A program made the translations under genes and the position numbers. A stretch of 64,000 nucleotides of DNA from an uncultured Acidimicrobiaceae bacterium (lineage in GTDB: Bacteria > Actinomycetota > Acidimicrobiia > Acidimicrobiales > Palsa-688): contig CAWKOH010000012.1 of assembly GCA_963851245.1 (NCBI GenBank), positions 103,322 to 167,321 on the forward strand, read 5' to 3'. Each line of letters begins with the position of its first letter. Position 1 is the first letter of the stretch. The notes under the pieces are model-generated. The model had not been told where the DNA came from and did not search any database. It worked only from the letters and a program-made list of their open reading frames with translations. Below, in pieces: positions 56,406 to 64,000 of the stretch.

Positions 56406-56552
56406 CGCGTCCTGAAAGGAAATATGGGACCCACCTTTGCTGCCGAGCGCCGGGTGGCTGACGCAGCGCCAGGCTGACGCAGCCCGTGAGCCCGCGCGGA
56501 CCGCGGCCGCTTCCGGCCGGCCCCGTCGTGAGCGACTGGCGTGGCGGTGCGA

Positions 56553-56936
56553 CTAGCGCTGGCGGCGACTGGCGTTCAGGGCGCCGGCGCGCACCAGTAT
56601 CCGGGTGGTACCGGTCCCATCGCCGGTGCTGGTCACCTCGGTCCGAATGTCGGAAGGCGGGAGGGAGTCGATGTCGATGCCACGCGACGCCAGCCAGGCG
56701 GCCGTGATCATGCGGGCCTGGTTCGCCGCCTCGGGCGTCACGCCCTGGTTGGTCTCGACCACAATCCAGTCGATGGGTGAGATCCGGGTGGTACGGCTGG
56801 GGTGCCACTCGGCCGCCGAGCCGACTGGTGGGATGGCCGGCCCGCCTCGCTTGTGCTCAGTGAACACCCCCCACAGCATCAAGGAGGCCACGACCAACCA
56901 ACAAGCGGCGAATCCGACGATCTCAGCCACGCCCAT
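56553..56936 (-). CDS. Hypothetical membrane-anchored protein
   Basis: 127-aa ORF with high third-position GC and a single N-terminal TM (IVGFAACWLVVASLMLWGVF). I recognise no family. Confidence 0.5.
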   Translation of the reverse strand: MGVAEIVGFAACWLVVASLMLWGVFTEHKRGGPAIPPVGSAAEWHPSRTTRISPIDWIVVETNQGVTPEAANQARMITAAWLASRGIDIDSLPPSDIRTEVTSTGDGTGTTRILVRAGALNASRRQR

Positions 56937-57022
56937 CTCAGCCCTCCCGCGCCCAGGCTACCGCGGTGCGTCCCGCTCGGGAAGGGTGAAGGCCCTATAG
57001 CGGGAGCGGCGATCCGGGCTTG

Positions 57023-58300
57023 CTAGTTGCCGGCTCCGACCAGGGTTCCGTTCGGGCACGAAAGGACCTTGTTGCAGGCCGCCTCGACATACGGGGAGTA
57101 CCAGATCCCGCTCGAGCTGAAGCCGAGGGGAGAGTACGTGCGCGACGCCACAGCCACCACCTGGCCGGATTGGTTGATTATCGGGCCGCCCTGGAAGGCT
57201 GTGCCAATACCCGCATCGACGGCCACCCCGGCGGAGAGGACATCCACGATGGTGGCCTGGTCGAGAGAGGCGCCTGCTGATCCGAGCCCCGACACCGCGT
57301 AGAGCCTCTGGCCTGGAAGAGGAGCCGGGCTGGTCGGTGCCGCTGTCAGGGCCTTCAGATTTCCCTTGGGCAGGACTAGCAGGGCCAGGTCGTACTGGGG
57401 ATCCCAGGTCCTGACCGTTACCGCGGTGTCGGAGTTGCCCTGCCGAACGTACACGGGCGGTCCTGGCGTGTGCGTGGCCGCCGACACCGTCGTATACGAG
57501 GTGATGAGCAGGGACTGGGTGGCGTTGGACGAGATGACGAACGCCGTACCTACCGAGGGCTGGCCGCTGGCATCGAGGGTGTGCACGAAGAAGACCGAGG
57601 GAGCCACCTGAGCTACCAGGGTGGCCAGGGCGGCCGGACTGGCCTGCAGCTGCTGCACCGACTTGAGCTGTTCCTGGATGTTGGCCTGGGCCGTTGCCAC
57701 CGAGGCTTGCAGGTCGCTCTCGGCCTTGGCGAACTGCTGCTTGTAGCCGGTGACGAGGGAGTTGACCCGGGCGTTCGTCTGATTCAGCTTGTACTGATAG
57801 TACGAATAGAGCACCACGCCGCTGAATCCAGCGCCGACCGCGAACGCGAGGATCATGACGGCGACGCCGAGAAAGCTGCGGGGCAGGATCCGCCGGCGAA
57901 AGGTAGAGGACTTTTCCGGTCGGGGGGCCGGTGCCGGAGGAGCCTGATCGGACCCGGCCGAGTCAGTGAGGGGCGGCGACTCCGCTACCAGAGCCCCGGG
58001 AGCTCCCGGCGCCTCGGGAGTCCCCAACGCCTCGGGAGCCTCCGGAGCGGCCGGAGCCGACGAAGTGGACGGAGCGGCCGCATCGGCCGTCGCTGCGTCG
58101 GCGGCGAGGGGCGGGGAAGGAGACGCCTCGGGCTCGAGGGTGGGGACCGCCTGAGTCTCGAAATCGAACGGCCCCGGTGTCACCGCCTGGTCTGGAGCCG
58201 TGCTCTCGGACCCCGAGCCCACGTCCGTCGAGATGGGAGAGGATCGGGCCGGCGCCGGCCATCCGCCGTCGTCGGGAAGGTCCTCGCTGAGCCGCGCCAT
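57023..58300 (-). CDS. Membrane-anchored trypsin-like (S1) domain protein with a degenerate catalytic triad
   Basis: It has a Pro/Ala-rich cytoplasmic N-terminus, a TM (LGVAVMILAFAVGAGFSGVVLY), a coiled-coil segment and a C-terminal S1 fold (GTAFVIS..., DLALLVL). The His position reads ITSYTTV and the GxSGGP motif reads AFQGGPI. Confidence 0.7.
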   Translation of the reverse strand: MARLSEDLPDDGGWPAPARSSPISTDVGSGSESTAPDQAVTPGPFDFETQAVPTLEPEASPSPPLAADAATADAAAPSTSSAPAAPEAPEALGTPEAPGAPGALVAESPPLTDSAGSDQAPPAPAPRPEKSSTFRRRILPRSFLGVAVMILAFAVGAGFSGVVLYSYYQYKLNQTNARVNSLVTGYKQQFAKAESDLQASVATAQANIQEQLKSVQQLQASPAALATLVAQVAPSVFFVHTLDASGQPSVGTAFVISSNATQSLLITSYTTVSAATHTPGPPVYVRQGNSDTAVTVRTWDPQYDLALLVLPKGNLKALTAAPTSPAPLPGQRLYAVSGLGSAGASLDQATIVDVLSAGVAVDAGIGTAFQGGPIINQSGQVVAVASRTYSPLGFSSSGIWYSPYVEAACNKVLSCPNGTLVGAGN

Positions 58301-58350
58301 TGCTTTCCAAGGTACTCCGCAGCCCCTCAGGACAGGGGTAGGGTCGCCGG

Positions 58351-59289
58351 GTGAGTTCCCTTCCCGGTGCGGCGGATCCCCCCACACCGGGTGGCGAGGA
58401 TCGAGTATGGCCTGATCATCTACGACCCGGCCGGCTTGTCGAGGTGGCCCCGGGGGTGACGCGGATCGTCGCCCCGAATCCAGGCCTCATGACTGGTCCG
58501 GGCACCAACACGTACCTGGTCGGGTCGGGCCCCTTGGCCCTGATAGACCCCGGCCCCGAGGACGAGGCCCACCTGCGCACCCTCTGTCACGCCGTCGGGG
58601 ATCGGCTGCGCTGGATCCTGGTGACCCATAGCCACATCGACCATTCCCCTCTGGCGGTGTCCTTGCAGAAGGAAACAGGTGCCCCGGTCATAGGGTTTGG
58701 GCCACCTCCTCGCACCGGTCCCGGAGCGACCGGAATCGATCCCCACGACCAGGCTTTCGCACCGGATCGCCTGCTGAGGGACGGGGAACGAATCGAAGCG
58801 GGGGATCTCGCCATCGAAGCGGTCTACACACCGGGCCACGCCTCGAACCACCTGTGCTTCGAGCTACCCGGCACGGGCTTGCTCTTCTCCGGAGACCACG
58901 TCATGCAGGGATCGACTGTCGTCATCGCACCCCCCGACGGCGACATGACGCAGTACCTCGAGTCAATCGAGAAGGTGAAGGCCCGCCGCCCCCGGCGCAT
59001 TGCGCCGGGCCACGGCGACGTCATAGAGGATCCCGCGGCCGTGCTCGACGACTATCTCCGGCACCGGTGGGAACGGGAGGCCCAGGTGCTCGCCGGCCTC
59101 AAAACTGCAGGCGAGCAGGGGATCAAGGCCGAGGAGCTGGTGCTCGTCATGTACAAGGACGTTCCCAAGGAGCTCCATCCAGTCGCTCGTTATTCGGTCT
59201 GGGCCCACTTACGCAAGCTGGCCGCGGAGGGCAGGGCGTCGTCAGCCGATGTGACGGATGTGGATGCTCCCTGGCGTCCGGTCGCCTAG
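58351..59289 (+). CDS. MBL-fold metallo-hydrolase
   Basis: Contains ILVTHSHIDHSP (HxHxDH), TPGHASNH and APGHG. The start is uncertain. Confidence 0.85.
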   Translation: MSSLPGAADPPTPGGEDRVWPDHLRPGRLVEVAPGVTRIVAPNPGLMTGPGTNTYLVGSGPLALIDPGPEDEAHLRTLCHAVGDRLRWILVTHSHIDHSPLAVSLQKETGAPVIGFGPPPRTGPGATGIDPHDQAFAPDRLLRDGERIEAGDLAIEAVYTPGHASNHLCFELPGTGLLFSGDHVMQGSTVVIAPPDGDMTQYLESIEKVKARRPRRIAPGHGDVIEDPAAVLDDYLRHRWEREAQVLAGLKTAGEQGIKAEELVLVMYKDVPKELHPVARYSVWAHLRKLAAEGRASSADVTDVDAPWRPVA

Positions 59290-59328
59290 CCGCCCGCCGG
59301 CCTCCCCTGCCGCCGCCACTACCACGAC

Positions 59329-60495
59329 CTAGCTCGGCGCCGCCTTGGCTACCAGCGCCGTCTCGACCGCATCGAGCATGCGCGCCGTGCATCCCTGCAT
59401 CTCGACCACAGGCGCCACATCCAGGACCGCGTCCACCAACTTGGCGAATGATTCCGCCGCTTCGCCGTGGTCCAGTGCCGCCGGCTGGCCCCGGTCGCTG
59501 CCAGCCGAGATAGCCGGCTGCAGGGGGATCTGAGCCAGCAGTGGCGCACCGATGTCCGCGGCCAGGCGGGCCCCTCCCCCCGACCCGAACAGGTCGTAGT
59601 GCTCACCGTGCCCGCACGTGAAGCCGCTCATGTTCTCGATGACCCCCGCCACCCTCAAGTAACCCTTGCGGGCCATGTCGGCCGCCCGCACGGCAACCTT
59701 TTGAGCCGCCAGCGCGGGGGTGGTGACGATCAGCATCTCCGCACGCGGCAGCATCCGGGCCAGTCCCATCTGGATGTCTCCGGTGCCGGGTGGCATGTCG
59801 ACCAGGAGATAGTCCAGATCGCCCCAGGCGACGTCCTCGAGGAAGTGCTGGACGCCCCGGTTCAGCATCAGGCCCCGCCACATGATCGCCTCGTTCTCGG
59901 GCGAAAGGAATCCCATGGACACCACCTTGATCAGGCCTTTGCCCACCTCCTTGGTCATTGGCTCGATCCGGGCGCTCCCGCCCATCTGGTCGCGCCGGGC
60001 CGTGAGGCGGCCCTCCACGCCCAGCATTCGTGGTACCGAGAAGCCGGCGATGTCGGCGTCGAGCAAGCCCACCCTGAACCCCCGGTCGGCCAGACCGGCG
60101 GCCAGGTTGACCGTGACCGACGACTTGCCGACTCCGCCCTTGCCGCTCGAGATCGCCAGCACCCGGGTTCGGCCCGGAATCTCGGTGGCCGGTGGGTTCT
60201 CCTGGGCCCGGAGGCGGGCCCGGGCCATCAGGCCCTTCTTCTGCTCCGGCGACATCTCCGACGTCCGGACCCGAACGCCGGTGACCCCCGGGAGACTGCC
60301 CACCCGCTCCTCGACGTCGCGTTGCAACTGGGTTCGCAGGGGACATCCGGCGGTCGTCAGGGCGATGGACACCGTGACAGTCCCGTCCGTGCCGATCTGG
60401 GCCCCCTGGTACATACCGAGGTCGACCAGATCGTCGCCGAGTTCGGGATCGATTACCCCCCGCATGGCGTTTTCGACCGCTTCCGGACTGACCAC
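59329..60495 (-). CDS. apbC: Mrp/NBP35/ApbC family Fe-S cluster carrier ATPase with an N-terminal DUF59 domain
   Basis: Contains VIDPELGDDLVDLGM, SGKGGVGKSSVTVNLA and the CxxC-type GFTCGHG. Confidence 0.9.
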   Translation of the reverse strand: MVSPEAVENAMRGVIDPELGDDLVDLGMYQGAQIGTDGTVTVSIALTTAGCPLRTQLQRDVEERVGSLPGVTGVRVRTSEMSPEQKKGLMARARLRAQENPPATEIPGRTRVLAISSGKGGVGKSSVTVNLAAGLADRGFRVGLLDADIAGFSVPRMLGVEGRLTARRDQMGGSARIEPMTKEVGKGLIKVVSMGFLSPENEAIMWRGLMLNRGVQHFLEDVAWGDLDYLLVDMPPGTGDIQMGLARMLPRAEMLIVTTPALAAQKVAVRAADMARKGYLRVAGVIENMSGFTCGHGEHYDLFGSGGGARLAADIGAPLLAQIPLQPAISAGSDRGQPAALDHGEAAESFAKLVDAVLDVAPVVEMQGCTARMLDAVETALVAKAAPS

Positions 60496-60531
60496 GGTTG
60501 CAGTCTAAGGGGCAGGGATAGGCTTACCCGG

Positions 60532-61353
60532 GTGGACAGGCTGTCCCTTTTCAAGGTGCTGGCGGACTCTTCGCGCTATGCCATCTACCAGGAGGTAGCT
60601 GGCGCCGAGGAGCCGCCGTCCACGGGCGAGATCGCCGAACGGCTCGATCTGCACCCCAACACCGTGCGGTTGCACCTGGAGAAGATGCGCGACGCCGGGC
60701 TGCTGGAGGTCTTCTCGGATCGACACGGGGCGGTGGGCCGGCCCCAACACCGCTGGTCGGTCGTATCGCAGGGCCCGTCGCTCGGAGTCGAGCCGTCCGG
60801 ATTCCGCGTGCTTGCTCATATGCTGGCGGAGGTGGCCGCCCAGCCCCCGGGGGATGCCGACCGGGTTGCAGCGGTCGGCCGGCGGCGGGGTCTGGAACGC
60901 ACCGGGGGTCCGGCACGGACCGCGGGTGTCGAACGCAACGGCGGCCTGGAACGCGCCGCTAGCCGCGAGCGTCCCGGGAGCCTCGAGCGCGCAGCCGCGT
61001 CGGCGGCCACCCCCCCTCGCCGATCGCAGCAAGCGCGGGCTGCTTGCATCCGGGCGATCGTCGAGGAGCTCGCCGACCTCGGCTTCGATCCCGCTCTCGA
61101 CGACGACGGGTCGGGGCAGGACCCGGATGTCACCGTCGGGCTATCTTTTACCAAATGTCCGTTTCGGGAGCTGGCTGCGCTCTACCCGGACCTCGTCTGC
61201 GAGCTTCATCGAGGCCTGACCGAAGGGGTCCTGGCCGGGATCGCCGCCAGCCGGCCCGGCGTGGAGGCCCGGGTAGAATCCTTCGCCAGCCTGGTCGAGG
61301 CTGATCCGTGCCGCGTCGACCTCACTATCAGGGGTCATTCAGCGGTAGCATGA
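60532..61353 (+). CDS. Winged-helix (ArsR/SufR-like) transcriptional regulator with a C-terminal Cys motif
   Basis: The N-terminal wHTH is RYAIYQEV...STGEIAERLDLHPNTVRLHLEKMRDAGLL. The C-terminus is CPFRELAALYPDLVCELH...C. This is the only non-shadow part of the 628-aa ORF 59467..61353. Confidence 0.7.
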   Translation: MDRLSLFKVLADSSRYAIYQEVAGAEEPPSTGEIAERLDLHPNTVRLHLEKMRDAGLLEVFSDRHGAVGRPQHRWSVVSQGPSLGVEPSGFRVLAHMLAEVAAQPPGDADRVAAVGRRRGLERTGGPARTAGVERNGGLERAASRERPGSLERAAASAATPPRRSQQARAACIRAIVEELADLGFDPALDDDGSGQDPDVTVGLSFTKCPFRELAALYPDLVCELHRGLTEGVLAGIAASRPGVEARVESFASLVEADPCRVDLTIRGHSAVA

Positions 61354-61399
61354 CCGACATCGCGGGCGTGAGTCCGCACGCCAATCCCCAGGAGGACCG

Positions 61400-61750
61400 G
61401 TGAGCACCACCCATACCGATGTAAGCCCGGCCATCAGCCTCACCGACGGCGCCGCCACCAAGGTGGCCGAGCTGCTCGAGCAGGAGGGCAATCCGGAGCT
61501 CGCCTTGCGGGTGGCGGTACGCCCGGGTGGCTGTTCCGGGTTCAGCTACGAGATGTTCTTCGACTCGGACCTGGCTGACGACGACGTGACCTCGAATTTC
61601 GGCGCCGTCCGGGTGGTCGTAGACCCGACCAGCGCCGGCCTGTTGCAGGGGTCCACCCTGGACTTCAAGGACGGACTGCAGGGCGCCGGGTTCAGCATCA
61701 ACAACCCGAACGCCAGCCGCACCTGCGGCTGCGGCAACTCGTTCAGCTGA
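61400..61750 (+). CDS. erpA: HesB/IscA family Fe-S cluster insertion protein
   Basis: Contains LRVAVRPGGCSGFSY and the C-terminal CGCGNSF. GTG follows GGAGGA. Confidence 0.92.
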   Translation: MSTTHTDVSPAISLTDGAATKVAELLEQEGNPELALRVAVRPGGCSGFSYEMFFDSDLADDDVTSNFGAVRVVVDPTSAGLLQGSTLDFKDGLQGAGFSINNPNASRTCGCGNSFS

Positions 61751-61765
61751 TTCGAGCCGGCCGAA

Positions 61766-63379
61766 CTGGCGATCTCGTTCACCCTTGACGGCCGCCCCGT
61801 CGAGGTAGTCCGGGACGGGGCGTCGCTGCTCGAGGTCCTCCGCGAGGATCTCGGTGTTCACGCCGTGAAGGATGGTTGTAGCCCGCAGGGACAATGCGGT
61901 TGCTGCACGGTTCTCGTCGACGGCGCACCTCGCGTCGCCTGCGTAACCGCCGCTCGCCGGGTCGCCGGTCGCTCCGTAGTCACCGCCGACGGGCTGGACC
62001 CCGAGGTGTCGGACCGGCTGGTGAACGAGTTCGTGAAGCACGGCGCCAGCCAGTGCGGGTTCTGCACGCCCGGAATCCTGTGCCGGCTCTCTGCTCTCGG
62101 ATGGGTTTCGTCGCCGGCTCAGGTGGAATCGGCCCTCCTTGCCCACCTCTGCCGCTGCACCGGATGGCGCAGCATCGTAGAGGCGGCCTGTTCGCGCCCG
62201 CCTAACCCCGCCGGCGCTCCGCCCCCTGAAGCTTCGCCGTCCCAACCCGGCTCGCCAAAGCGGGCCGCGGCCGCGGCCCGCCGGGCCGAGATCGAAGGAC
62301 GTACCCCCCAAGCCACGGGAGATCAGGTGGTACGAGGCCGGGGGCCTTTCGCCGACGACACCGCCCCGCCGGGGTGCCTGGTGGCGGTGCCGGATAGCGC
62401 CGGGGGCTGGGCCGTCGGAGAAACGCTGGCTGACGCCCGGGCTGCCGCCGGCAAGGTCCAGGGCCGGCGTAGCGGGCGCGAGCTGACCTACCCCATCGAT
62501 CTCCCGCCTGGCCGGTGGGACCTCACCCTGCAGACCACCTGGGTGGAGCCCGCCTATCTGGAGCCCGACGCGTCGTGGTGCCGACCGGGGGGCACGCCCG
62601 CCCACCCGGCAGGCAACGGCGGGGCTTTCGGCGGCAAGGTCGGGTCCGTCGCCCCGGCGGCGGCGCGGGAACTGGCGGACCGCTACGGGAGACCGGTGCG
62701 GGTGGTCTTCTCCCGTGAGGACGTGGTCCGCCTTGGCCCCAAGCGGCCGCCGGTCGCCGCGGGCGTGCGGGCGGACGGCACCGGCCTGATCCGGGTGGCG
62801 GCCGCCGCCGGCATTGGCGAGGCCATACGGGGAGTGGCGCCGGGGCTCGAAGTCGAAGAGGTCGAGGTCACCGGACCGCCCGTGTCGGCGGCTGTCCGGG
62901 CCGCCGGTTGGGCCGAGGCGGCCATACTTCTGGCTGCCGCCGGCCTCGAATCGGCCAAGGACGGTCGAGGCCGTGCCGCCATAACGGGGCCAGGGGGCGG
63001 CCGGGCCGACGCCACGGTCGAAGTCGACTCGACCGGCCGGCCCACCGGCGTCGTCGTGCATGTGGACGGGGGCGATCCGCTCGACGAAGTAGTGCTGCGG
63101 TCCTACGTCACCGGCGCCGCTCATATGGCGCTCGGTTGGGTGTGCTCGGAAGGCATCGCGGTCGATGACGACGGCGTCCCCGAGGACCTCACCATCCGGT
63201 CGTTCGGGATCCTGCGGGCGAAGGACGTTCCCCCGGTCACGATTACCATCGAAGCGGCCGGTGCCGGCACGCCGCCGGTCAACGCCTCCGACGCGGCCTT
63301 TGCCGCCGTGGCCGCGGCCACATGGATGGCACAGGGCCTGCCGCCCCGATGGCCCACTCAGAGAGGGAGGACGTCATGA
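61766..63379 (+). CDS. (2Fe-2S)-binding CoxS-like domain fused to a shortened xanthine-dehydrogenase-family (Mo-subunit-like) region; non-canonical start
   Basis: Contains ISFTLDGRPVEV...GCSPQGQCGCCTV and QCGFCTPG...CRCTGW (two 2Fe-2S sites). These are followed by YLEPDA, GGAFGGK and RPVRVVFSRED. The first ATG/GTG/TTG (61865) lies inside the ferredoxin fold, so CTG 61766 is proposed as the start. Confidence 0.7.
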   Translation: MAISFTLDGRPVEVVRDGASLLEVLREDLGVHAVKDGCSPQGQCGCCTVLVDGAPRVACVTAARRVAGRSVVTADGLDPEVSDRLVNEFVKHGASQCGFCTPGILCRLSALGWVSSPAQVESALLAHLCRCTGWRSIVEAACSRPPNPAGAPPPEASPSQPGSPKRAAAAARRAEIEGRTPQATGDQVVRGRGPFADDTAPPGCLVAVPDSAGGWAVGETLADARAAAGKVQGRRSGRELTYPIDLPPGRWDLTLQTTWVEPAYLEPDASWCRPGGTPAHPAGNGGAFGGKVGSVAPAAARELADRYGRPVRVVFSREDVVRLGPKRPPVAAGVRADGTGLIRVAAAAGIGEAIRGVAPGLEVEEVEVTGPPVSAAVRAAGWAEAAILLAAAGLESAKDGRGRAAITGPGGGRADATVEVDSTGRPTGVVVHVDGGDPLDEVVLRSYVTGAAHMALGWVCSEGIAVDDDGVPEDLTIRSFGILRAKDVPPVTITIEAAGAGTPPVNASDAAFAAVAAATWMAQGLPPRWPTQRGRTS

Positions 63380-63759
63380 GTAGCAGCCAGCCCGCCTCCG
63401 CCCCGCGGCCGGTCGGCCCCTACACGCCGGTCGTGCCTGCGGGTGACTGGCTTATCTGCAGTGGTCAGGTGGGGCTGCGCGACGGCCAGCTGGTGGAAGG
63501 GGTGGCAGCCCAGGCGGCCCAGTGCATCGCCAACGTGCGGGCGCTGCTCGAAGGGGCCGGGGCCGGCCTGACCGATGTGGTGAAGACCACCGTGTTCATG
63601 ACCGACATCAACGACTACGCCACCGTCAACGAGGCCTACGTCGCCGCCTTCGGCGCTCACCGGCCGGCTCGCTCGGCCGTTGCCGTCGCCGGCCTACCGC
63701 TCGGCGCCCTGGTGGAGATGGAAGCCTGGGCCTACGTGGGAGCCGGCCCGGCTGCCTGA
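63376..63759 (+). CDS. ridA: RidA/YjgF family reactive-intermediate deaminase
   Basis: Contains GPYTPVV...SGQVGL, VKTTVFMTDINDYATVNEAY and ARSAVAVAGLPLGALVEMEAWA. ATGA-coupled, GAGGGAGG SD. Confidence 0.9.
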   Translation: MSSSQPASAPRPVGPYTPVVPAGDWLICSGQVGLRDGQLVEGVAAQAAQCIANVRALLEGAGAGLTDVVKTTVFMTDINDYATVNEAYVAAFGAHRPARSAVAVAGLPLGALVEMEAWAYVGAGPAA

Positions 63760-63793
63760 CGGCGCGCCCGGATCGGCGGACGCCACGACCCGT

Positions 63794-64000
63794 CTAGCCC
63801 CCCCAGCGGCTCTGCCCGAAGCGGTAGCCGACGGAGCGCACCGTGGAGATGAGGTTGGCGTGCTCCTCGCCCAGCTTGGCCCGGAGCCGCCGGATGTGGA
63901 CGTCGACCGTGCGGGCTCCGCCGTAGTACTCGTATCCCCATACCCGTGACAGCAGGGTTTCGCGGGTGAACACCTTGCCCGGGTGGGTGGTCAGGAACTT
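63794..64000 (-). CDS. OmpR-family response regulator, C-terminal winged-helix part only (gene continues beyond the window)
   Basis: My translation of the minus strand is [68 protein letters not shown]. It is not in the ORF track because no start lies in the window. Confidence 0.85.
   Translation of the reverse strand, partial: KFLTTHPGKVFTRETLLSRVWGYEYYGGARTVDVHIRRLRAKLGEEHANLISTVRSVGYRFGQSRWGG

Noticed and set aside
59467-60531. N-terminal 355 codons of the 628-aa ORF 59467..61353.
   Set aside because: This part is antisense to the well-supported mrp/apbC gene and has low-complexity composition. Only the portion from GTG 60532 shows a wHTH domain.

Overview
This is a visibly GC-rich chromosomal segment of actinobacterial type. 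The markers for that are a WhiB regulator, a deazaflavin/F420-type nitroreductase, an IdeR-like iron box, and an ArsA-pair/whiB/PBP1A neighbourhood.

Layout:
- 0-5.2 kb: heme biosynthesis genes (cobA-hemD fusion, hemB, hemL), interrupted by a TetR / nitroreductase divergent pair.
- 5.2-6.4 kb: a geranylgeranyl-reductase-family flavoprotein.
- 6.5-23.1 kb: a complete nuoA-N (complex I) operon, almost entirely linked by ATGA/GTGA/TGATG overlaps.
- 23-64 kb: mixed housekeeping and accessory genes. These include YccF, SnoaL-like, SDR, ChrA, PPK2, VOC, nitroreductase, DUF5995-like, FUSC, glyA behind a ZTP riboswitch, AKR, an ATP-dependent DNA ligase, two ABC export modules (one PadR-linked MacB/FtsX type), TrmH, two STAS proteins, a LuxR-type and a stand-alone receiver, an orphan FTR1/EfeU iron permease with an iron box, a decayed Na+/H+ antiporter, an orphan lipoprotein SBP, tRNA-Pro(CGG), the two ArsA/Get3-like ATPases-WhiB-Rieske-PBP1A block, a catalytically degenerate S1-protease-like membrane protein, MBL hydrolase, an Fe-S module (Mrp/ApbC, SufR-like HTH, HesB/IscA, 2Fe-2S + shortened XDH-like protein), RidA and a partial OmpR-type regulator.

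I found no transposase, integrase, phage gene or CRISPR array.

Most notable anomalies:
- A 65-bp tandem duplication at the nuoC/nuoD junction forms ATGA-chained 22-codon mini-ORFs.
- Single-base frame disruptions occur in nuoC and nuoH.
- nuoF and nuoG read as one ORF, but an internal SD+GTG is retained.
- The Na+/H+ antiporter has about four frame switches.
- The 2Fe-2S/XDH-like gene has no canonical start and lies in frame behind the hesB TGA.

Several indels fall in otherwise well-conserved genes. Read-level verification is therefore needed before interpreting them biologically, because assembly error and genuine decay cannot be separated from the sequence alone. Most long ORFs antisense to these genes are GC-driven shadow ORFs.
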